This document shows, in pieces, positions 9,966 to 19,039 of a stretch of DNA of 64,000 nucleotides. Position 1 is the stretch's first letter. The number at the start of each line of letters is the position of its first letter. A model generated the notes under the pieces. That model worked only from the letters and a program-made list of their open reading frames with translations, searched no databases and was not told the origin of the DNA. The position numbers were made by a program, and so were the translations under genes. The stretch is from the sequence record NC_061443.1; one strand, given 5' to 3'.

Positions 9966-10496
9966 ATGACGGACAACATTACCAAGTTGGAGAAGTGGTT
10001 CGACGCAGCAAAGACGGCGTTCCGTATGGGTACTCACAACCCCAACGGAAACATCGCGCTACTGTTGAGCATTTTGGCTCGCCTGAACAAGACAGTTGAC
10101 GAAGCTGCTCCTGGGCCTGTGCGCCAGCAAGCTGAGTTCGAGCGCAATCAGTTCCTTGACGAGCTGGCAGCCGAAGTGAAGATGTACGAACTCATTCGTA
10201 AGCGCTTCAACAACGATCTGTACCCTGGTATTACCGTGGGCGAAGACGTGAAGGTGTACATCGCTCTTATGGCTGACCGCCCGGGTAGTGCTGTAATGGC
10301 AATGACCTTCTTGCACCTTGCGCGATGCTACACGCTCAAGGACATGATCATTAACTTTCTCCCGAATGGCTTCCCTGCTGAGGATGCACTTGGCCTCACT
10401 TGGAGCATACAGAAATCTGATACCGGAAATGCGGTGGACGATATTGATTCTGTAAATAGCCTGTATACTAAGATGTATAACTCTGGAGATAAGTAA
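9966..10496 (+). CDS. hypothetical protein
   Basis: GAGG RBS, 176 aa. Confidence 0.6.
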   Translation: MTDNITKLEKWFDAAKTAFRMGTHNPNGNIALLLSILARLNKTVDEAAPGPVRQQAEFERNQFLDELAAEVKMYELIRKRFNNDLYPGITVGEDVKVYIALMADRPGSAVMAMTFLHLARCYTLKDMIINFLPNGFPAEDALGLTWSIQKSDTGNAVDDIDSVNSLYTKMYNSGDK

Positions 10497-11086
10497 TGGA
10501 TTTATCTGCATTAGGTTACGCGCCGAAGCCGTATCGAGTAATTCCTGTCGAAAAAGAGAATCTCGTTACTGACTTCATTCAAGGTAAGTTCCGCGTTATT
10601 GGCGTTGAGTGTAACGCGCGTGGTGCTTACGGAAATCCGATTCAGAAAAGTATTGCTCGCCGCTTCCCTGAAGTCATGAACCGCGTCAATGCCGTTGACT
10701 ACGAACATGAATTAACTATCGGCAAGACGCATCTGATTCGCGTTCGTACTCAAGCCCGTCGTGATTTGTTCGTCGCTAACATGCACATCACGCGGGGCTT
10801 CGGCCTGGGACTCAATAACACTTCAAGCGAAGGACGTATGGTTAATCGCTTTAGTGAGAAGTTCCTGACGCGGGCGTTTGAACATCTGCTGGAGCAATGT
10901 GACAAAGAGCATATTGCTCTCGACAGGCAGATCGCTATTCAGCGTTTCTATGGTGGACTCGGCGGAGTTTCCTGGGAAGAAGTATGTGTTGTGTTGGATG
11001 ATATTTGTGCCAAGTATCAATTCAACATGTATGCGTATCTACCCAAGAACTACAATACTAACTATGTGCGGGCAGGTGCACAATAA
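10496..11086 (+). CDS. macrodomain protein (Poa1p/DarG-like ADP-ribose hydrolase family)
   Basis: CNARGAYGNPIQKSIARRFP resembles NCxGxMGxGIAxxFxxRFP; C-terminal GGLGGVSWEEV resembles GCGLGGLxWxxV. Confidence 0.65.
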   Translation: MDLSALGYAPKPYRVIPVEKENLVTDFIQGKFRVIGVECNARGAYGNPIQKSIARRFPEVMNRVNAVDYEHELTIGKTHLIRVRTQARRDLFVANMHITRGFGLGLNNTSSEGRMVNRFSEKFLTRAFEHLLEQCDKEHIALDRQIAIQRFYGGLGGVSWEEVCVVLDDICAKYQFNMYAYLPKNYNTNYVRAGAQ

Positions 11087-11098
11087 CTCTGGGGTGTA

Positions 11099-11434
11099 TT
11101 GATGAACACAATACGCGGATTTGATTGGCTCTTTTACGGAGATGGAACCGATAGTGGCCAACACTCAATTGTAAGTCTCGTTGTCGATCAGACAGCAAAA
11201 TCAATACAGGTAGAAGTGAAGCCGGGATGCGCCGTGCCTGTAATTCAAGCGATTCAGGAAAACGAAGTCCTGTACGCTCAGACCGAAGCAGGTCTATATC
11301 GACTTCGCTATAGTTGCTCGTTCCGAACGTTGGATGCTAACGTCTTCCCTCCAAGTAAAACAGAGTTCCGCTTGAAGCTGATCGCCTGTGATTTCTTGGA
11401 CGGTGTTACTACTCACGATAAACTTCTGGACTAG
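11099..11434 (+). CDS. hypothetical protein
   Basis: in-strand ORF in gene-dense run. Confidence 0.55.
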   Translation: MMNTIRGFDWLFYGDGTDSGQHSIVSLVVDQTAKSIQVEVKPGCAVPVIQAIQENEVLYAQTEAGLYRLRYSCSFRTLDANVFPPSKTEFRLKLIACDFLDGVTTHDKLLD

Positions 11435-11439
11435 CCACT

Positions 11440-12192
11440 ATGATCACAGCAAAGAACGTTGAAAGCCGTTTGGCAAAAATAAACTATACTCGCCCTGACC
11501 CTTCACGGGAAGAGCTTGAGGAACTTGTGAGCCACGGCAAGACTCGTATTCTAAAGACGGCAGACATTAACGGCCTGTGTCCGCTATCCGACAAATACTT
11601 TGAGTTCTGCCTAAAGCAAGTTGGTTCTTTCTGTACGGCATCGTACAATGCAGTTGAAATCGCAATGTGTGTAGGCATCCAGCCTATCTACGTTGCTGCT
11701 GCGCTTCATCTTTACGGTAGCGATTGGGCATATCGTTTACTCAAATTGAAACGTTTCGGTCATCTCGATCGTGGCATCCATACTGTGTGGGAATCTGCTG
11801 GTGCGTGGTTCTCTCTGGGAGAGTGTCGTAGACGTATCCTTGGTTCGCAGACCGTTTCGCAAGGACAGGGCAATCTAAAGACTGCTATTCGTCTAGGCGA
11901 TATGGAACAGATTCGCCAGATTGCTGCTGTCTATCCACATCGCGTCATGAGCGTGTTGGCAGCCCGCAACGGACTTCTCTATACTGACCAACGTATCGAG
12001 CGTTCTAAACGACTTCGCGCAGAAGCCAAAGCGAAAGCTGAGGCAGACGGTAAGAAACTCGCAGAGCCTGGAAAGTATAACGACCTTGCTCCTGTATTCA
12101 ACGGTCCAATTGCCAAACCAGATCGCACTCGCGGGATTGATGACTCCTCTCAAACTCGCGGCACTATTAGCGGTCGTCGTTTTCACGTCTGA
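11440..12192 (+). CDS. hypothetical protein
   Basis: 250-aa in-strand ORF. Confidence 0.6.
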   Translation: MITAKNVESRLAKINYTRPDPSREELEELVSHGKTRILKTADINGLCPLSDKYFEFCLKQVGSFCTASYNAVEIAMCVGIQPIYVAAALHLYGSDWAYRLLKLKRFGHLDRGIHTVWESAGAWFSLGECRRRILGSQTVSQGQGNLKTAIRLGDMEQIRQIAAVYPHRVMSVLAARNGLLYTDQRIERSKRLRAEAKAKAEADGKKLAEPGKYNDLAPVFNGPIAKPDRTRGIDDSSQTRGTISGRRFHV

Positions 12193-12244
12193 AAAACAGA
12201 TAACGGTAATTTCGACAGGTCAAAACAAATAACGGAATACTATC

Positions 12245-13015
12245 ATGAGCAACGTTGATAAAACAATGCCACAAGGTCGCTGGGAATTTAACGAACCAGT
12301 TGCTGCTGTCTTCGATAACATGCTGCAAAATTCTATCCCCTCATACGAGCGTATGCGTGACCTGACCTATCGTCTGGGTCGTCAGTTCGTAACTCCAGGC
12401 ACAGCCATTGTTGACTTGGGTGCGTCACTTGGTCGTGCTATCGAACCGTTCTGTGCTGAGTTCGGCGAGTACATGTATCTTCACGCGGCAGATCGTCCTG
12501 AGCCAGATCGTGAAACAGGCAACCACTACTGCTGTTATGAAGTAGCGCCTGCGATGCTTGAGCGTCTGCGTCAAAATGAAGTGCTGGTCAATGCCAAAGC
12601 TAAAATCAGTAGCGAGTCACTGGTTGAAGTGGACACTTTCCGATTCGACGAGCAGGTTGAATGCTCTTTGATTCTGTCTGTGTTGACTCTCCAGTTCACA
12701 CCGATTGAACATCGCCAGCACATCCTTGAGAAGGTCTATGACAGTCTTGAGAAAGGTGGCGCGTTCATCCTCGTTGAGAAAGTGCTTGGCGACGATAACT
12801 TCCTCGACCGCCTGTTGGTTGATACCTACTACGGCATGAAAGGCAGCAACGGCTACTCGCAAGAATCTATTGCGACAAAACGTAAAGCGCTCGAAGGCGT
12901 ACTGGTTCCTGTGAAAGCCGCATGGAACGAAGAACTGTTGCGTAAAGCAGGCTTCAACCGTGTTGAGTGTTTCTATCGCGATCTGAACTTCGCTGGATGG
13001 ATTGCAGTTAAGTAA
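12245..13015 (+). CDS. cmoA: carboxy-S-adenosyl-L-methionine synthase-like SAM-dependent protein
   Basis: WEFNEPVAAVFDNMLQNSIPSY N-terminus, VDLGASLG SAM motif, LTLQF, LVEKV, KRKALEGV with the conserved CmoA Arg, FAGWIAVK C-terminus. Confidence 0.85.
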   Translation: MSNVDKTMPQGRWEFNEPVAAVFDNMLQNSIPSYERMRDLTYRLGRQFVTPGTAIVDLGASLGRAIEPFCAEFGEYMYLHAADRPEPDRETGNHYCCYEVAPAMLERLRQNEVLVNAKAKISSESLVEVDTFRFDEQVECSLILSVLTLQFTPIEHRQHILEKVYDSLEKGGAFILVEKVLGDDNFLDRLLVDTYYGMKGSNGYSQESIATKRKALEGVLVPVKAAWNEELLRKAGFNRVECFYRDLNFAGWIAVK

Positions 13016-13022
13016 CAAATGC

Positions 13023-13047
13023 GGGTGGCTTCGGCCGCCCCTTGTTG
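13023..13047 (+). terminator. hairpin with weak U tract (possible leaky terminator)
   Basis: GGGTGGC-TTCG-GCCGCCC-CTTGTTG between cmoA and next gene. Confidence 0.5.
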
Positions 13048-13062
13048 CACAGGAGATTAGCA

Positions 13063-13926
13063 ATGGCCAACAAACGCCAAGAACGTTGTGCGTCAATGAT
13101 TCGTGAGTCGTTGATTACCGAAATCAAGAAAGCACGTTCTAAACAACCCTACGTCTTCCTCAGTGGCGGCGTAGACTCAAACTGTATTCTGTTTGCTGCG
13201 CTTGAGGCAGGGTGCCGTCCAATTACCCTTTCATTCCACATGGAAGGCGTTAATAGTCGTGACTTCCGAGCGGCTCAGGCGATAGCAAAAGAGTTTGACC
13301 TTGAGCTGATTGAGGTTGTGCTGCCGAACTCTTATGAGAAACTCAAATCGGATGTGCTGCTTATGGCTGAACGTTATAAGTGTGTGCAGAAAAATGAGTT
13401 CGAATGTTCGTGGCCTATGCTCTATAGCTTCTTCCACGTTCGCAACCATGCGCGTGAGAACGGCATCAAGAACCCTGTGACCTTTACTGGCCAAGGCGCT
13501 GACTTGATGTACCTGTCTTCTAAGAAGGCTAGCATTCACTATAAAGATCGTCCTGATGTGTGGCGTAAAGAAGGTCGCGCTAATCCGCATCGTACTCAAG
13601 GACGCATCCTGCCTCTCATGGCTCGTGATGCGGGCATTCGTAATATTAAGCCTTGGGACAGTGAGGAAATTCTTCAAGCGTTTCTCGGCACGTCATGGGA
13701 AGACGTTAACAAGCCACGACAGAAAGAACCTTCTCGTGCCGCATTCGAAGATTACTTCAAACGCGTTCGAGTATTCAACCATCAGAACTTCCAGCTCGGT
13801 GATACAGGTATCGCAGAGCATTTCGAAAAGCTGTTGGCGGATTCTGAAATGAATCCAGACTTCAAATATAAAAGTGTTGTCGGCGTCTACGGAGAGCTGG
13901 CTCGCGCATACCAGGAAAAATCCTGA
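13063..13926 (+). CDS. asparagine-synthetase-like ATP-dependent amide ligase (no glutaminase domain)
   Basis: PP-loop FLSGGVDS, FTGQGAD (cf. AsnB SGEGADE), KEPSRAAF (cf. K..LR.AF); only 287 aa. Confidence 0.8.
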   Translation: MANKRQERCASMIRESLITEIKKARSKQPYVFLSGGVDSNCILFAALEAGCRPITLSFHMEGVNSRDFRAAQAIAKEFDLELIEVVLPNSYEKLKSDVLLMAERYKCVQKNEFECSWPMLYSFFHVRNHARENGIKNPVTFTGQGADLMYLSSKKASIHYKDRPDVWRKEGRANPHRTQGRILPLMARDAGIRNIKPWDSEEILQAFLGTSWEDVNKPRQKEPSRAAFEDYFKRVRVFNHQNFQLGDTGIAEHFEKLLADSEMNPDFKYKSVVGVYGELARAYQEKS

Positions 13927-14549
13927 TGACAATGATTCATATCATAGACGGTGCAGTTGGTGGCGGTTATGTTTATTCAAAGCTGGTGGATGCAGGCTTC
14001 AATGCTCGCGTACATGCGCCACCCAATCCGAGAGTTCGTGCTGCATACGCGACGTACCCATCACTTTCCATGGGTCACTCGGAGAAAGAGATTGAGCACC
14101 ATATCAGTCAGGTCTTAGGTACTTATCGAGGCCTGTTCTTGATTAGCAGTTACGTTGGTTCACTGATTGCAAACAACATGATCGACATGTGTGGTCAGTC
14201 TGAAAACGTGATCACCTGTGACGACCTCAAGTGTGGTTCCATACCGGTTGTCGCTTCCTCTATTTCTGTAAACGTATATCAGAACCAACGTAAGCTGGCG
14301 CGTATTCATCATCGCTTAAAGCACTTCGACTTCGACCACGAGTTCGCTATTGCTGATCAGGCTGTGCGATTCGCGGCAGGCGATGAATTTGCGAAACAGG
14401 GTGCGCAGCAAGAACTGAACAATCACGCTAAGTTCTTGTCCAGCCCGTCTTTGATTGTTGCCGCACACAAACTCGGTGTGAAGGGCAGCATGTATCACAA
14501 CTATGCAGGTCTGGTGCAAGAGTTCATTGAGAAGCGCCAGAAGCAATAA
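13926..14549 (+). CDS. hypothetical protein, weak likeness to Asp/Glu racemase N-terminus
   Basis: IHIIDGAVGGGYVY versus MurI IGIFDSGVGGLTV; catalytic Cys not seen; coupled to the ligase gene. Confidence 0.45.
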   Translation: MTMIHIIDGAVGGGYVYSKLVDAGFNARVHAPPNPRVRAAYATYPSLSMGHSEKEIEHHISQVLGTYRGLFLISSYVGSLIANNMIDMCGQSENVITCDDLKCGSIPVVASSISVNVYQNQRKLARIHHRLKHFDFDHEFAIADQAVRFAAGDEFAKQGAQQELNNHAKFLSSPSLIVAAHKLGVKGSMYHNYAGLVQEFIEKRQKQ

Positions 14550-14561
14550 CGCGAGGGCACG

Positions 14562-14825
14562 ATGATCAATCGCTTTCAAATGAGAAAAGTTCCTACGCTT
14601 GAAGCGTGTCAGTGGAACGGGGAGAACGTTGAGGAGATGGAGAAGTTTCTCAACGGTCATGGTTATGTCAAAGGACGTTACGTTGAGATCGGCGTGTTGG
14701 ATAAATATCAGAAGCCGACTATCGCTAACGTGTCTGTAGGCAACTACGCAGTTAAGCATGAAGACGGTTCGTTCGATGCAATAACTGCGAGTGAACTGAT
14801 GGACAAATACGTTCTGGCGGATTGA
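14562..14825 (+). CDS. hypothetical phage protein
   Basis: EACQWNGEN...GNYAVK motif common in small phage proteins; GAGG RBS. Confidence 0.65.
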   Translation: MINRFQMRKVPTLEACQWNGENVEEMEKFLNGHGYVKGRYVEIGVLDKYQKPTIANVSVGNYAVKHEDGSFDAITASELMDKYVLAD

Positions 14826-14832
14826 GGGCACA

Positions 14833-15288
14833 ATGAATCTGTTTTCTATTTTAAAGCAGCAGGTGAAGAAAGCGCTGTCTACAGAAGCTGCGCATGAGCC
14901 AGAAGTTCGTGCAATGTTTGACTGGCGCTATTCAGTTGATGTTAAAGGTCAGATGTACATCGTAGGTAAGACGGGAGCAAACACCTGCTTCTATGTCGAG
15001 CCTGGTACCGATGAACCTGTAGCGTGTTACCCAGATGCGTTACTGGCAAAGATTGACGAGTGGGGTACAGGCAAGTACGTCTCCTTCGCAATCTACTTCA
15101 AGCGTTTTGAATCTCCTGTGTTTGAAAACATCAAGACGCTTGAGAAAGCGCTGACAGGCAAACCTAAGTCATTCAAGAAAGGTTACTTCTTGTGTGGCCT
15201 GACGCCGAAAGGCAAGCGTGTGAAATTGTACCGACTGCATCAAGGACTGTCTGGTATGCAGTGGGTAGCAGTCGAACCTAAATCTTAA
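14833..15288 (+). CDS. hypothetical protein
   Basis: GAGG RBS, 151 aa. Confidence 0.6.
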   Translation: MNLFSILKQQVKKALSTEAAHEPEVRAMFDWRYSVDVKGQMYIVGKTGANTCFYVEPGTDEPVACYPDALLAKIDEWGTGKYVSFAIYFKRFESPVFENIKTLEKALTGKPKSFKKGYFLCGLTPKGKRVKLYRLHQGLSGMQWVAVEPKS

Positions 15289-15319
15289 CCGCACGGTACT
15301 GTCCGTGTTAGGAGCAAGT

Positions 15320-15610
15320 ATGATTAGCGACATTACAGTCGGTCGTATCTACAAGTCACGTGGCGATAAGCCATTTATTGTTGACTGCATTGCCGCTCAC
15401 GGACAGGATTGCTCTTTGCCTATGGTTATCTATCGTAATCTCGAAGACACGTCGGATAAACCTGCTGGCACTGTTTGGGTAATCACTGAGTCGTTGTTCG
15501 TAATGCAGTTCTCTGAGTACGAATCAGGAGAATATCATGAACACAACGAACATGCACCACCATCTATCATCAAGGGGATTCGATCCTGCATTCTACCATT
15601 GCTGGGTTAG
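15320..15610 (+). CDS. DUF1653-like SH3 protein
   Basis: GRIYKSRG..FIVDCIA.H.......MVIYRNL......VWV; AGGAG RBS. Confidence 0.7.
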   Translation: MISDITVGRIYKSRGDKPFIVDCIAAHGQDCSLPMVIYRNLEDTSDKPAGTVWVITESLFVMQFSEYESGEYHEHNEHAPPSIIKGIRSCILPLLG

Positions 15611-16053
15611 CGAAACTCAAATGACCGTGCCTCTGTTTTCGTTTGATAGAGCAATGCGCGGCCTACAGGTCTACACACCAGATGCACCAAAGCACGACAA
15701 TAACCCGAAGGCCTGCCGTTACTTCACGCGAGCATTCGGCGGCAAGCAGTTGGTGTGGGGATCGGAAATTAAACCTGAACGGGTCGACCGTGTTCTTAAC
15801 TGAGTCTGTCTTCAAGGCGTGTGCTCTGCATCGTCTTGGACTCAATGCTTGGTCCGTTCTTGGTTCAAATGTGAGTGATCATCTGTACCACCAGCTTCGA
15901 CTCTTAGGTCTACGTTTCGTTTGTCTTGGCGATGACGATAAAGCAGGACAGGAGTTTAGTCAGACGTTTGGACTAGGCGCTGTCAGCAATGACCTTGACG
16001 AGATGACTGATGAACAGCTACTCGATTTAACTTTACCGTTGCTGAGGAAATAA
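15537..16053 (+). pseudogene. Toprim primase-like gene split by a +1 frameshift near 15765-15770
   Basis: upstream frame VPLFSFD..MRGLQVY...YFT..LVWGSE; downstream frame LNLNGSTVFLTESVFKA...LGDDDKAG. Confidence 0.75.
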
Positions 16054-16054
16054 A

Positions 16055-16483
16055 ATGTCACGCGAAGTTACTGTCCGTATCATAGGACCTGTGGGTGTCG
16101 GCAAGTCTGCCGTGTACGCTACTCTGGTCAACACCCTGTCTACAATCGGCGTTAGCGTTAAACACGCAGACGAGAAAGCGTGGAAGTCTCTGGAGAACGC
16201 AGGCGAAGCGGCGATCTCTGCTGAAACGCTGAACGAACTCACGCCAGTTGTGACGTTCGAAGAAGTGGGCATTCGCACCGACGCTGCTGCCTCTCCAAAT
16301 CAGATCATGCAGTTCTTCGCGTATGCCCACCTGCCTCTGCATCTGCAAGCTGTCAGCAAACCATTCGCGCTGCTGGCACAAGAGATGGATCTTACGCTGC
16401 CTAACGGACCTGAGAAGTCTGCTGGTCTGCGTAAGTTGCTGGAAGCGAAAGACTGCATGGTACGTCAACTCGTAGCGAAGTAA
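16055..16483 (+). CDS. fusion of P-loop-like N-terminus and small helical phage domain
   Basis: IIGPVGVGKS; C-terminal QFFAYAHLP...PEKSAGLRKLLEAKDC. Confidence 0.6.
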   Translation: MSREVTVRIIGPVGVGKSAVYATLVNTLSTIGVSVKHADEKAWKSLENAGEAAISAETLNELTPVVTFEEVGIRTDAAASPNQIMQFFAYAHLPLHLQAVSKPFALLAQEMDLTLPNGPEKSAGLRKLLEAKDCMVRQLVAK

Positions 16484-16532
16484 TGGAGGCAATCATGAAC
16501 GATTGGTTCTACGGCGGTTAAGTAGTAACACC

Positions 16533-16560
16533 AAAGGGTGGCCATTAGGCTGCCCTTTTC
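16533..16560 (+). terminator. Rho-independent terminator
   Basis: AAAGGGTGGCC-ATTA-GGCTGCCC-TTTT. Confidence 0.8.
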
Positions 16561-16684
16561 TGATCTTAGACAACTAAAACAAGCCCAAAAGGATAGCATA
16601 CAGCCGTGCGTAGACAGTATAAAACCATGTGTAGGCAGCGTAGAAACACCACCTTTTTCTTGAGCAGTGGGAAGCGCTTAAAAA

Positions 16685-16693
16685 CTGTAAATA
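16685..16693 (+). promoter_or_regulatory. CTGTAAATA candidate phage promoter motif
   Basis: intergenic, before AAGGAG RBS of dam; exact copies also at 7797, 10450, 32233, 36191, 41464. Confidence 0.55.
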
Positions 16694-16711
16694 CTGATAA
16701 AGGAGACAACA

Positions 16712-17554
16712 ATGACAGTAATAAGTCCAATCCGTTATCAGGGCAATAAGCGTAGCCTTATTCCTTTTATTCTCGAACATGTGCCTGACGTGAAAGACTG
16801 TCCGCGCATGGTCGATGTGTTTGGTGGTAGCGCTACTGTCTGTGCGAATATGCCGCAGAAGTTTCGCGTCTACAACGAACTAAGTCCTCAGGTGTATGAG
16901 ATCGTTAAGATGCTTGTCGAGCAGGACCCGAAGAAAACATTGGGTCAAGTCAAGCGTCTGGTACGCCACTGGTGTCTGACGAACAGCAACGAAGAAAACT
17001 ACGATGCGTTCCGTACAGTCCTCCAGAAGAAGCGCACTGCAATCTTGCATTACGTTGCACATCGTCACGCACACTCGAACATGTTGCGCTTCAACCAACA
17101 GGGTGTGTACAACGTAGGCTTTGGTGATCGTGGTCTGATTGGTAAGTTCGATGAACTCGAACACGAACTCACCTCATTCCACCAGCACATGCAAGGCGTC
17201 CACCTGACGAACATGAAGTATGGTAAATTGCTTGGTCGTCTCGGCAATCAACTGGACTGCAACACGTTCTGCTACTTCGACCCGCCTTATCTGGCGAGTG
17301 GTGCAATGCAGTACGGCAAGTGGACCGAAGCCAATGAGCGCAATCTGCTGGCGACGCTTGAGCAACTCAATCGCTTGGGCGTACCGTGGATGTTGAGCAA
17401 TGTTATCGAACACCGAGAGTTCTCGAACGATCTGTTGAAGCGCTGGTTAAAGAAACACGCGACGACCGTGCTCTACCCAAACAAAAGCTATGCGATGAAC
17501 AACGGCCAGAGTGGCTCGCATAGTACGATTGAAATTCTGGCGATGAACTATTGA
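16712..17554 (+). CDS. dam: DNA adenine methyltransferase (D12/Dam class)
   Basis: RYQGNK, DVFGGSATV, FDPPY, WMLSN. Confidence 0.92.
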   Translation: MTVISPIRYQGNKRSLIPFILEHVPDVKDCPRMVDVFGGSATVCANMPQKFRVYNELSPQVYEIVKMLVEQDPKKTLGQVKRLVRHWCLTNSNEENYDAFRTVLQKKRTAILHYVAHRHAHSNMLRFNQQGVYNVGFGDRGLIGKFDELEHELTSFHQHMQGVHLTNMKYGKLLGRLGNQLDCNTFCYFDPPYLASGAMQYGKWTEANERNLLATLEQLNRLGVPWMLSNVIEHREFSNDLLKRWLKKHATTVLYPNKSYAMNNGQSGSHSTIEILAMNY

Positions 17555-17562
17555 GGCAAACA

Positions 17563-17874
17563 ATGCAGGGACCTGAAGGTACTAACCAAAAGCTCGTTAC
17601 CATTCTCCGTGCTGTGACGAAGGAGCTGGAGAAAATCAATAGCACTGCCTGGTATCTTTCAGGCGAAAGCAAAGATACTTGTGGTGTCATCGACCCGTTT
17701 GCTATTCCTGATTGGTCTGACGAAGGTCTGATCAAAGAAATCGAAAGACGCGAGCTCCAGATTAATGAGCGCAAGCGTTACATCGCAGGACTCAACGGTG
17801 GTGCCGACGGTCATCGCCGTACAACCGACACTCAGGCCGATGCGATCTACCAACGTTACTGTGGGAAGAACTGA
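17563..17874 (+). CDS. hypothetical protein
   Basis: GAGG RBS; coupled to next gene. Confidence 0.55.
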   Translation: MQGPEGTNQKLVTILRAVTKELEKINSTAWYLSGESKDTCGVIDPFAIPDWSDEGLIKEIERRELQINERKRYIAGLNGGADGHRRTTDTQADAIYQRYCGKN

Positions 17875-18566
17875 TGGAACAAGAAATGAAAGACATGCCA
17901 GTACATATCGTTAACGGTTTCCAGTTCAGCGATAACTCCGCGCACTTACTGTCCTATGCGCTGGACATGGCACGACTCGGCGGTACTATTGGTCCTGAGT
18001 TTTGGGAAGCTCATATCGTTGAGAACGTAGGCAAAGTGTCGTTGACCGAAACGATTATGATCAGCGGCCCGATTATTCGCGCTAAAGATTTTAGCATCTT
18101 CGACAGTATCGAGCAGTGCCGTAAAGACGCGCAAGTTGTTTTCGAATCTCTGCTGTACGGCTTCGACACGCTGATGCAGGAGTTCCGTGAAGTGCTCTTA
18201 GGCGAAGCGCCACATAAGCCGCACACCACGTTCTTGAACGGTAAGAGTTTCAGTAACGAACTGCTGTCTTACCTGTCGCGTCCCGCCGAAGAAAGCGATA
18301 TGGAATTACTGGACGTGTACCGTCGTCAGGCTTGCGGTCTGTGTGACGCCGAACCTATCCTCATGCGTCTTCGTCTGCCTGGAAATACCCAGCATCTCTG
18401 GAACGGTGAGTGGCGTGCCGTGATACGGGCGAGTGAAGAAATTCGTGCCCATCAATTCAACATGTGGTACTACAACCACGCGTTCACCAAGCATCGTATG
18501 CAGGCGCTGTCCAACTGCTACTTGTATACGAAACATGCTGAACACTTCAATCGAGGTCAATCATGA
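17874..18566 (+). CDS. hypothetical protein
   Basis: 230 aa, coupled on both sides. Confidence 0.6.
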   Translation: MEQEMKDMPVHIVNGFQFSDNSAHLLSYALDMARLGGTIGPEFWEAHIVENVGKVSLTETIMISGPIIRAKDFSIFDSIEQCRKDAQVVFESLLYGFDTLMQEFREVLLGEAPHKPHTTFLNGKSFSNELLSYLSRPAEESDMELLDVYRRQACGLCDAEPILMRLRLPGNTQHLWNGEWRAVIRASEEIRAHQFNMWYYNHAFTKHRMQALSNCYLYTKHAEHFNRGQS

Positions 18567-19039
18567 TCGGTATTAATGAACTACGCGGTCGTCTGGCTGC
18601 TGCCCTATGTTTAGAGGTGAAGACGGCACCGAATGCGGATATCGAATACTACGTTGACCCTGACGGTCTCCCCATGGGTCTGGTACAAGAATGGCGCCCT
18701 GATAGTGCTGAGAAAATCCTTCAGGTCATCGAGCAGTACGGTCTGCGTGTCGAGCGTGTTGTAAAGCCAGGACTACCGAAGCCTATCACTGCGGAAAACG
18801 TTGAGTGGGTGTATCACGTTTGGTCACGTAATCCTGTGTATCGCGGTCTGTCTGACCAAAACGTTATGCGACGCGAAGGTCCTCGTGTTGAAGGGCAAAC
18901 TTTGACTATTGCCGTATTGACCTGGGCCGTGCTTCGTGCGGAGCGTATCAAAGAACTCCAGTCATGTCCTGTGCAGTCGAAAGGCTATAACTTCAATCTG
19001 CTGCAGGAGCGTGTGTATGTATCTGCCGTTGGGGGATAA
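18563..19039 (+). CDS. phage ABA-sandwich (DUF2591/NinX)-like protein
   Basis: WRPDS...VIEQYGLRV...EGQTLTIAV pattern. Confidence 0.5.
   Translation: MIGINELRGRLAAALCLEVKTAPNADIEYYVDPDGLPMGLVQEWRPDSAEKILQVIEQYGLRVERVVKPGLPKPITAENVEWVYHVWSRNPVYRGLSDQNVMRREGPRVEGQTLTIAVLTWAVLRAERIKELQSCPVQSKGYNFNLLQERVYVSAVGG

Noticed and set aside
16561-16684. Sigma70 promoter or ncRNA in the longest intergenic gap (two TAGACA hexamers)
   Set aside because: No -10 hexamer at 16-18 nt spacing and no convincing RNA fold seen.
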